A program made the position numbers and the translations under genes. A stretch of DNA of 64,000 bases from Eledone cirrhosa (taxonomy: Eukaryota), in the NCBI GenBank assembly GCA_964016885.1, contig OZ024741.1:234856001-234920000 (forward strand). The letters run 5' to 3'. A model generated the notes under the pieces. That model was not told the origin of the DNA, did not search any database, and saw nothing but the letters and a program-made list of their open reading frames with translations. Every line of letters begins with the position of its first letter. Positions within the stretch are counted from its first letter, which is position 1. This document shows, in pieces, positions 52,557 to 64,000 of the stretch.

Positions 52557-52608
52557 GGCTTTCCTGAGGATTTCCTTCGAATGAAACAGTTCTAGTTCTG
52601 TAGAAGCC
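52557..52608 (+). ncRNA. Type I hammerhead ribozyme
   Basis: ggc-t-ttc-CTGAGGA-t-ttc-cttc-gaa-t-GAAA-cag-ttctagtt-ctg-TA-gaa-gcc; GUA site; directly after a (TA)n tract. Confidence 0.72.
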
Positions 52609-52697
52609 ATTTCAATATTAAATTTTGTTGTATACACTCTACTAATGTATTGAGTACCTTACTTACTGTGGTTACCCCCGATTGAACCCGGGATTCT

Positions 52698-52738
<41 letters not shown>

Positions 52739-53447
52739 TATCTATCTATCTATTTATCAATCTAATCTATCTATCACATATCTATTTATCTCTCTCTCTA
52801 TCTATCTATCTATCTATACATACATACATACATACATACATACATACATACATGGTGGCTGCCAACTCGTTTTCGAGTACGGCCACTACTTTATATCCAT
52901 GTAGGAGAACCCCTACCGATGCGCTGAACGAGTGTGACTTTTTAGTCCAGCCAGCGACTTGAAAACTCTGGTACAAACACTACACTTGTGACAATTATTG
53001 ACACATAGTGCTGGGCCCATGGTACCATGTGATGACAAGTGCAGAGAGATCTCCAGATATAAAGCAATGCCTGTGCTGTGAAGCTTTTATAGTGAGGAAA
53101 GGCACTGCACAAAGCCAGTCCCACTCTCTTAACCAAGATGATATTTACCAAAAAGAAGAACAAGTCAACATCATTGGATACCATCAGGGTTGCAGGTGTT
53201 ATATCAGAGTTTTCCTTCTCCTAGAATTCTGCCTTGACAAAGGCTAAGGGGTCATCTCTCCCGGTGATTTTGGATGGCCATTGACTCTTAAGAGCTCCTT
53301 TATACATACATACATACATACATACATACATACATACATACATACATACATAAATGAAGTAATTCCGTCGGAAAAGTCCAGGAAAAAAGAGTGCTCTATG
53401 TAGGTTACAGAGCTTAATAGTATGTAATAAACAGCATAAGATAATTA

Positions 53448-53508
53448 TTTCATTTACCAGTGGTTTCTTGAAAGCAAACAAAATTTGCTTTCAGTCATCA
53501 GAATGAAA
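53448..53508 (-). ncRNA. Type I hammerhead ribozyme in insert 53352-53560 (same family as 33543)
   Basis: Minus strand: tttcatt-CTGATGA-ctgaaagcaaa-ttttg-tttgctttcaa-GAAA-ccactgg-TA-aatgaaa; perfect 7-bp stem I. Confidence 0.85.
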
Positions 53509-53556
53509 AAATCCTGGTGTATTTATTGTCAGTGGATTTTAAGAACAAAAATATAA

Positions 53557-53629
<73 letters not shown>

Positions 53630-53675
53630 TTATCTATCTAGCTATCTAACAATAAATCAATCAATCAATCAATCA

Positions 53676-53730
<55 letters not shown>

Positions 53731-54054
53731 CATCCATCCACATTAGACATAGTCTAGTAATTTGTTTTCCTCATCTATTTGCCCTTATTGAGGTTTAATC
53801 CCAGGTCAGCCATGAATTTGCTGATCTGTGATTAAATGCCAGCCGTGACCATCCAGTTGTCTTCCTATAGCAGGAGATCAAGCATGTCTTCTAAAGACAT
53901 TGGGTGTGGTTTGAGAGTGCATTCACTGCAATTTCTAGGACCCCATAGTTTAGTCTGATGTCACCCCTGATGTCAGTTTTTTTTTTGTGTAAGGGACAAC
54001 CAGAGCCACAATATCATTGGAGATTTGACTGCTATTTCTAACTGATTAGAGTCC

Positions 54055-54905
54055 AGTGTAGTAGGGTGTGACGTGAGGAAGATTTGGCGGCTATTTCTAG
54101 CAGATTGCAGTCTAGTGTAGAGTAGTGTGGTATGGTAGGGTGTGATGCGATGGAGATTTGACTGCTATTTCTAGCAGATCAGAAATTAGTGTGGTGTGGC
54201 GAGGTGTGGTGATGCGTGGTATGGTGTAGTCTAGTGTAGTGTGGTGTGGTGTAGTGTAATGTGGTGTGATATAGTGATGTGTAGTATAGTGAGGTGTGGT
54301 GTAAAATGATGTAGTAAGGTAGGGTGTGGTGCAGTCTTTTGCAGTGTGTTGTAGTGTAGTGCGGTGTGGTGTGCTGTGCTCTAGTGTGGTATGAAATAGC
54401 TATGTGGTGTGATGTGGTGAGGTGTAGTGTGGTTTTGTGTTGAGTAGTGAGGTGTAGTGGTGTGGTTTTACGTAGTGTAGTGTGGGTATGATGTGGTATG
54501 GTGTAGTAGTGTAGAGTGGTGTGTTTTAGTGTAGTGTGGTGTAGTGTAGTGTGATGTGGTGGATGTAGTTTGGTGTGGTATGGTATGGTGTAGTGTCGTG
54601 TGTTTTGGTGTGATGTGATGAGGTTCAGTGTGGTCTGATGAGGTGTGGAGTGGTGTAGTGTGGTGTGTTTTAGTGTAATGTGGTGGAGTGTGGTATGATG
54701 TGATGTGGAGTGGTGTAGTGTGGTGTGGTGTGGTGTGGTATAGTTTGGTGTGGTGTGGCATGGTGTGGTGTGGTGTGGTATGGTATGGTGTAGTGTGGTG
54801 TGGTATGCTATGGTGTAGTGTAGAATGGTGTGTAGTTTGGTGTGGTATGGTATGGTGTAGTGTGGTGTAGTGTTGAGTGGTGTAATGTGGTGTTGTGTAG
54901 TGTGG
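54055..54905. repeat. Degenerate pentamer satellite (GTGTG/GTGTA/GTATG)n
   Basis: 5-bp periodicity; explains the H/T/Y-rich ORFs. Confidence 0.9.
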
Positions 54906-55281
54906 CTTACTAGGACGTTAACAGGTAAATAAATATACACAACAAAACCACGTTTTGCTATCAATAACAAACATCAAACAAAACAAAAGCCAGCATCCCA
55001 GGCTGTGTTGGGTTCAAGTTTTAACCCTTTTCCCTAATACTACAACAACAACAATAATAAAAACAGCATTTAGGTGCAATAATCTCAGAAATGAGAGTCT
55101 GTAACTTTTTTTCTTCTTTTTTTTCTTTCATTTTCTCTCTCTCTTTCTCTGCTTGCCTCTCTGTCTGATGAATTAGTGTGTATATATATACCTAACAGTC
55201 GAAACGGCCAGAGCTCAGCCGTCGGGGTCCTGACTCTTTTCCTATATATATAATATATATATATATATATATTCCTGGTTG

Positions 55282-55349
<68 letters not shown>

Positions 55350-55424
55350 AAGAATGTATGTATGTATACGTACATACATATATGTATACAGACGTACAGT
55401 AGTATGTATATATATACATACATG

Positions 55425-55483
<59 letters not shown>

Positions 55484-55645
55484 CGATACGTGCATATATA
55501 TATATATGTGTGCATGTATGTATATATATACATACTACTGTACGTCTGTGTACATATATGTATGTACGTATACATACACCCATACTTACATTTAAGTAAG
55601 TGCCGTACTAAGAGTGAGAAATGAAATTTCGTTTCATTCTATTCC

Positions 55646-55687
<42 letters not shown>

Positions 55688-55849
55688 CTGGTTGCCCTTG
55701 AAATATATATAATAAAATAATTATGGTTTTATAAATATAGTTTCCGTTTATTAATATATTGAATATTTACTCCAGTAACTTGTTGAGTGCTTTATATGAG
55801 TTATAAAACTTTTAAACTTGTTGAATCCCAACAAATTAAATATAAGTTC

Positions 55850-55923
<74 letters not shown>

Positions 55924-56039
55924 CATGCATGTGTGTATGAATGTTAGTGTCTCTCTCTTCCTGTCTGTCTCTCTCCCAACTATATGTGAAATTTGAAATT
56001 GTCCCGATACCCTCTTGTGTAATGAGATGATGAAAGCAA

Positions 56040-56150
56040 CATAAAAACGTCAACAACAACACCAACGGCGACAACAGCAACAACTAAATCATGTACCACA
56101 ACAGCAATAATAATAGTGATAACAACAGTAACACCGGTCACAACACCACC

Positions 56151-56181
<31 letters not shown>

Positions 56182-56371
56182 CCTCTACCACCACCACCAC
56201 CACCACCACCACCACAAACAACAACAACAACAACTACATCAACAACATCATCAACTCCATCAACAACACCAACAGTGACAACTGCAACAACACCAAGTAT
56301 CACAACAGCAATAACAATAGTGATAACAACAGTAACACCGGTCACAACACCTCCACCACCACCACCTCCAC

Positions 56372-56436
<65 letters not shown>

Positions 56437-56854
56437 GCAACAACAACAACAACAACATCATCAACAACATCATCAACTCCATCACCAACAACACCAACAG
56501 TGACAACTGCAACAACACCAAGTATCACAACAGCAATAACAATAGTGATAACAACAGTAACACCGGTCACAACACCTCCACCACCACCACCACAAACAAC
56601 AACAACAACAACCACATCAACAACAACACCAACAACACCACCTTCACCAACACCTCCACCACCACCACCACCACCACCACCACCACCACCACCACAAACA
56701 ACAACAACAACAACTACATCAACAACATCATCAACGACATCACCAACAACACCAACAGTGACAACTGCAACAACACCAAGCATCACAACGGCACTAACAA
56801 TAGTAATAACAACAGTAACACCGGTCACAACACCTCCACCACCACCACCTCCAC

Positions 56855-56913
<59 letters not shown>

Positions 56914-57860
56914 CCAGCATCCACAACACCAACACCAACAACACCAGCACCAGCACCAACAACACCAACATCCACGACATCAATACCAACAACACCAACA
57001 TCCACAACAACACCAGCGTCAACAACACCAACATCCACAACATCAACACCAACAACACCAACATCACCAATACCAACAACACCAACATCCACAACAACAC
57101 CAGCATCAACAACACCAACATCCACAACATCAACACCAACAACACCAACAACACCAACATCAACAACACCAACATCCACAACACCAGCAACACCAACAAC
57201 ACCAACACCAACAACACCAACACCAGCACCAACAACACCAACATCCACGACATCAATACCAACAACACCAACAACCAACAACACCAACATCAATAACACC
57301 AGCATCCACAACACCAGCAATACCAACAACACCAACACCAACAACAGCACCAGCACCAACAACACCAACATCCACAACATCAATACCAACAACACCAACA
57401 CCAACAACACCAACATCAACAACACCAACATCCACAACAGCAACAACAACACTAACACCAACAACACCAACATCCACAACACCAACAACAACACTAACAC
57501 CAACAACACCAACACCAATATCCACAACACCAACAACAACACTAACACCAACAACACCAACACCAATATCCACAACACCAACAACAACACTAACACCAAC
57601 AACACCAACACCAACAACAATGCCACCAACATCAACTACATCAACAAGCTGACAACAACACCAATAGCCCTAACACCACCAACATCAACATCAACAAGCT
57701 AACGGCAACAACAACAGCAACAACCCCAACCCCAACAACACTAACAGTTTCTACAGCAACAACACCAAGGGCCCAGCAAAAACAACAATAACACCGGTCA
57801 CAACACCAACCACAACCACATCAACGACATCATCAACTACATCAACAATAAACTGACGAC
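56040..57860. repeat. CAA/CCA trinucleotide-derived region with higher-order repeats
   Basis: Four ~210-270-bp units containing atagtgataacaacagtaacaccggtcacaacacc, followed by shorter acaccaacatccacaac units. Confidence 0.9.
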
Positions 57861-59434
57861 AGTAATGAAAGCGATGTTATTGTTTGTTTTTAGTCATGAC
57901 CATCCCGTCTTTTTTTTTTTTAGGGGGGGGGGGGATATCTAAGACTACATTATCCAATGTGTCTTTCCTTCTTTTAAAGACAGCAAGTTGTGATTTCTAG
58001 CAGTTTGAGGGACCACGTAGAAACGTTAATGATAACAACAACAACAACAACAACAACAGCGATGACAACGATAACAACAGCAGCAACAACAATAACAATG
58101 AAAACGAGTGTTGTGAGATGTAGATATGAAAGGAAAAAGAATGATCGAGAGTAATGAAAATTTTTTTTCCTCTCTAAATCACCCCTTCTCTCTCTGTCTT
58201 ACACTCTTTATTTTTTCGTCTATTTTCCCTTCCTTTTCCCCTGCGTTCTCTTCCTCTTTCCCTTACTTTTTCCTTCCTTTTCTTCTTCCCAGTGTACTTT
58301 TCCTCTCTAAATTAACCCTTCTCTCTCTTACACTATGTATTTTTTCTTTTCTTTCCTCTTTTCCCCCTCTGCCGTTCTTTCTTTCCTCTCTAAACCATCC
58401 TCTTTCCTCTTTTCCAAATCCTTCCTTTCTAAACTACCACCTACTCTCTCTTACACTCTTTAACTTTCACACGCACATTATCATTATTCTCTCTGACACC
58501 CTCACTTGACTTTCTTATTATCTCTATTTTTTATCATTTTTCTTCTTCTCTCTTCACCCCCCCCCCCCATTCTTTCTCTCACTCTTGCTTTTCTCTATTC
58601 CTCTTTCAGTCTTTTATCTCCCCGTAAGCTCACATTTACCCCCTCCCTATTTTATCCTTATTATTTCACCCCCCCCCCCCCCTAAATCGTTCTCTATTAA
58701 TTTTACTCTTTTTCTTTCTTATGTTTTCCCTCTTTTTTCTCTTTATAACCGTTCTACTTCTCATTTACACCGTCCCCACATCTCTCTCGTTCTATTTTTT
58801 TGTCTTCCTTCACCCCCCCTCCCTATTTATAGCTTCTCTTTCTCCCCACTTTGCCTCGCTTTGTCACTCTCACTCTCCGTCTATCTATCTATCACTGTTC
58901 TCTTCCCCATTCCACATTTCTCTCTTTTTCGTACTTCGCCTTTCCATCCCCCTCTCTCTCATCATATAGTGCCATCTCTCACTCTCTCTCGTTCTATTTA
59001 TCTATCTATCTTTCTCACTCTAATTTGTCTTTTTTTGCTGCTATTTTCCTTCTATTTCTCCATTCCCTTGCTTCTCTATAGCCTTTCTTTTTTCTTTCAC
59101 TCTCTATCTCCTCTCTTACATTTGTTCACACTTCCCTTTCTCACTAATTCTCACTCTGTATTCATCTATCTCTTCTCGTCTTCTATTCTCACACATTTCT
59201 CTCTTACCCTCTTACTCTACTTTTTTAAATTTTATTTGTTGTTTCCTTCTTTTCATAGCAACCTTCTTCTATTATCTTAATGTTTCTTCTATCTCTCTCT
59301 TTCGTTTCTCCCTTCTCCACCCCGATCATTTATCAGCCTTCTCTCCTTCTCTCTTCTCTCAACCTTCTAAATGTTTGTTCTCACTGTTTCACTGCTCTAC
59401 ACATTTATACTTTCATTCACACTTATATACCCCA

Positions 59435-59519
<85 letters not shown>

Positions 59520-59657
59520 GTATATGAGTCTGGAATTAGTTGTTGAAACGGCAAGAGCTCAGCCGTCGGTCCCCGACTTTAATATAGTAAGCGCTCGGAG
59601 AAGATATATATATATATATTTCTTTTATATATATATATATTCATACACATACAATAC

Positions 59658-59702
<45 letters not shown>

Positions 59703-60184
59703 GTACACACATAAAATTATACTCAACTGTTCTAGTCTCTCCTTTTCTCTATATCTTTCTCTCACACTCTCTTTGACCCTCTTTCGCCTGCCGCTCTCTC
59801 CCTATATATTTATCCTCCACCACTATCTGTTACCCCTCTTCCCACATCCATACATATGCCCTACCCGCTATTCTACCCTGTCACTGTCACATTTTCTCTT
59901 TCTTCCACTACCATCTCCCCCATATTCTCTTTCCCTCTCTCTCTTTCTCTTATCCTGTTCTATTGAAACTAACTCCCTATCTCTATCTCTCTATCTTTCC
60001 CTCAGCGCCCTACCCTACTTCATATCTTTACCTCCTCTCTTTCCTCCCCCTTTCGATCTTACTTCCTTTAGTTCTCTTATACTCTCTCCTAATTTATCAC
60101 TCACTCACTCACTGCTTTCTTTCTCCTCCCAGGATAATATATATATATACACACACACACGTGTCGTGTATATCCTTCAACTAT

Positions 60185-60287
<103 letters not shown>

Positions 60288-60409
60288 TAGATATGTATGT
60301 CTGTACATATATGATATATATATACATATCTATATCTATATATATGTGTGTGTGTGTGTGTGTGCATAGTTGAAGGATATACACGACACACATGTGTGTA
60401 TATATATAT

Positions 60410-60760
60410 GGATTGGCAGTATCGTAGAGGGTTGGACGCCATGCTTTGACGCATAAAGTTACGGCCCTTGCCATTCTGAGTTCAAATCCCGCCTAGGTTA
60501 ACTTTGCCTTTCATCCTTACGGGTTCGATAAAATAAAGTACCAGTAATACTCTTGTGCCAAAAGTAGAAACAATTATATATATATATATATTGTTATTAT
60601 TATCATAAAAATAATAATTATTATACGTCCCTTTATGATCTGAGTTCAAATCTCGCCGAGGTTAACTTTGCCTTTCATCCATACGGGGTCGATAAAATAA
60701 AGTACCAGTAACGTACTGGATAATTTGCTGGCCTTGTGCCAAAATTTGAAACAATTATTT
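60410..60760 (+). mobile_element. Two SINE family A copies
   Basis: Close match to 1310-1495. Confidence 0.85.
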
Positions 60761-60975
60761 ACACTACCTTAGGTTTCAAGGTATAGTCGTGCACAATCAG
60801 CATATGATTTCTGCGCCTCTGACTTGAAACATGTTGCGTGTATGAATCATAATACTAATGACTGCACTATTTTCCTTTTCCCGTTCTACGGACATTTTCG
60901 CTGCATACACACACGCACACTCACACACACACAGACGCACACAGACGCACATAGATACACACACACACACACACA

Positions 60976-61021
<46 letters not shown>

Positions 61022-61022
<1 letters not shown>

Positions 61023-62997
61023 CTATATCCTAATAAAAAGGAAGTTTGGTTGTACGTTGACCACCAATAACACTAAATAAAATTGATAATAAGGTTTTTC
61101 TTGTGTTTTCAACTAATCTGACCTCCATCAAGCTCATTGTCGACTTATTTTCCGAAAATGGAATGGGAGCGAGTTGGGGGAGGATTTACTGCTCTTTCTA
61201 GCATACAGTTACTGTCTGGTTGTCCCTCATGCTAACTATATATAGAGAGGGAAACACTACACCTCTCACTCAATCCACCTCCTCCTCTCTCTAACTAAAA
61301 CTTTTCTACGTTTTTTTTGTTGTTGTCGACCGGCTTGACATCTGACTCACTCTCTTTTTCTCTCTCTCTCTTCCCCCCTCTCTTTCTCTCAATTTGTATA
61401 TGTGTCTCTCACTCCTTCTGTATATATACAGATAGAGACATATAGATAAAGAGAAAAAAGAAGTGAGAGAGACTAAATTAAATTGATAATAATTAAGGTT
61501 TTTCGTATTTTTCAACTAATTTGACCCCCGATAAGCTCGCTGTTGTCTTATTTTCCAAAAACGAAATAGGGGCGAGTTGGAGGAGAATATACTGCTATTT
61601 CTAGCACCCAGGTACAGGCCGTTCATCATGCTAACTATATATATAGAGAGGGAAACACTACACCTTTCATTCAATCTACCTCCTACTCTCTCTAACTAAA
61701 ACGTTTCTATGTGTTTTCATATAGATATATGTCCCTCTCTATGTATCTATCTCTCTCACTAAAAAGAAGTGAGAGACAGAGAGCGGGGAAGACGTACACA
61801 CACACACACACACAACACACACACATATACATATATATATATATATACTCGCATATATATATACTTATAAAAAGGAATTTGTTTGTACATTGATCGCTAA
61901 TAACAGTAAATAAAATTGATAATAATTAAGGGTTTTCGTGTGTTTTCAGCTAATATGACCTCCGACATGTTCGCAATCAACTTTTTCTTCGAAAACAAAA
62001 GGGTTAGGGCGCTTTGAGTTACAGATATACCCCGCTCAGCCGTTCAAATTTATAGAAAAGCAATCCTTTGATACTAAAGGATGTTTTGATCCTTCATCAT
62101 TTCGTACTGTTGTGGAAAGCGTTGTATTAATCAAGTGTTCCCCAATTTCCAAATCCACCATTCCAATGAGGAGTGGCTGTATGAAAGACTAATTCTTGCT
62201 CCCCACTCCCCCCAAAAAGAAAGAAAAAAACATTATATTGAATACCATAAAAAAAATCTCTCACAAATGATCCCTGGAGGTAGCCTGACCTATAAATATA
62301 TCAACAAAGTTGTTGAAGAGGACGAAGCTGTTCATTATCCTGTTGAATTTCTCAACAGTCTGAAACCATCCTGTATGCTGCCACACAACCTTTAATTGAA
62401 GAAGAGCTCAGTCATCATGCTTCTCAGAAAGCTGGATCAGCCAATATTGTGCAATGAGTCACGAATGGTTGTAATGGTTGTAGCCTCACATTATCAAAGC
62501 CATAATCCTGACTGGATGTGGTAAGGGACACGTCGTCTATATACCTACAATGTCTACATACCAACACATGTTGCCTTTCGTTTCAAACGGTTGCAATTCC
62601 CAGTGTGAGTTAGTTACACAATGACCATCAACAAATCCCAAGGTCAAACACAGTAGGTTGTCGATCCTCATCTAGAAGGGGGCTGTTTCTCACATGGTCA
62701 ATTGTAGGTTGTTCCAGACTAGGAAGACACCACAAACTCTTCATAAGTGCTCCAAAGAAAAAAGTTAAAAACATTGTATATACTGAAGTTCTGTAAATGT
62801 TTTATGATTTTCGTAGAATACATTTTTCTATTATTTTCTTTATTACCTTTTAAAAAAAAATTATGTTATGCAGTATTTAAATACCTTTTAACAACTTATA
62901 TTCTAAGGAAAATGGTTATTACGACAGATGACAATAAGTGCCTTATGAATAGATTTGAGTAAAGTACCGATATGGGCGAACGCCGGGAGGCCGCTAG
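61022..62997 (+). mobile_element. Internally deleted Helitron with repeated 5' region
   Basis: Starts A|TCTATAT; ends with hairpin ggcgaacgcc and CTAG|T (62994-62997); carries a helicase remnant. Confidence 0.78.
62135..62790 (+). pseudogene. Helitron PIF1-like helicase C-terminal remnant
   Basis: WLYERLILAP, YPVEFLNSL..PHNL*LK...IMLLRKLD..LCN, FKRLQFPV, MTINKSQGQT, CFSHGQL; stops and frameshifts. Confidence 0.88.
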
Positions 62998-63022
62998 TAT
63001 ATTTATATACATAATGTAAATA

Positions 63023-63598
<576 letters not shown>

Positions 63599-63654
63599 GC
63601 CAGCCAGTCAGTCTAGGGTATTCATATATGTATATATATGTATGTAAACTACAA

Positions 63655-64000
63655 ACTACAAGTTTTCCCCTTCGAAATAATCCCCCTCGAGTCAAACACA
63701 CTTCCCCACCATTCTCCGCTACGCCTCCATCTACTCCTGGAAGGATTGTCCTCTTCAGCTTGGGGAAAAGGAGGATGTCTTGACATACCTCCATGCGCCA
63801 TTCCTTCTGGTCAGCAACTTTGGCACCATCTTCGCGCTGATCTTACGCATGCCCAAATCTTCGGTGATTATCTTCCAAACAGCTGTCACAGTTCATGCCC
63901 AGCTCACTTGCGATCAGTCGAACATTCAGCCGACGAACGCCACGTACCACCTGTCTCACTCGCTCATCCTTGGCCACAGTCGTGCTCGTTGAAGGCCTTC
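63655..64000 (-). pseudogene. Internally deleted mariner transposase remnant, running off the window end
   Basis: GRPSTSTT...RRLNVRLIASELGM...VWKIITEDLGMRKISAKMVPKLL...MEVCQDIL joined directly to LFPKLK...KCV*LEGDYFEG; the DDD core is deleted. Confidence 0.85.

Noticed and set aside
52855-53304. Mariner-like element suggested by a TIR-like end near 53280-53304
   Set aside because: No matching second terminus or transposase motif could be found.
55980-57635. 551-aa Val/Gly-rich minus-strand protein
   Set aside because: Antisense reading of the CAA/CCA repeat.

Overview
AT-rich, microsatellite-saturated animal genomic DNA. The repeat landscape resembles an octopod cephalopod, but that is inferred, not verified. 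There is one clear host gene: a minus-strand C2H2 zinc-finger coding exon (10984-13635, about 16 fingers) whose 5' end is lost in a 200-N gap. The rest is mostly transposon debris: a 5'-truncated Penelope-like retroelement (RT thumb plus GIY-YIG) bracketed by a ~760-bp inverted repeat; decayed hAT, mariner, Helitron, RTE and R4/Dong-like fragments; MITEs; two SINE families; and minisatellites. The most notable signal is non-coding. Twelve type-I hammerhead ribozyme motifs with a complete core (CUGANGA...GAAA...UH, stems I-III foldable by eye), two more in the Penelope repeat, and several half or decayed copies sit in short inserts flanked by (TA)n. Stems covary between families, and two inserts are fold-backs carrying a hammerhead on each strand. 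All structures were read by eye; no cleavage activity is shown. Nearly all short ORFs in the track are microsatellite artefacts.
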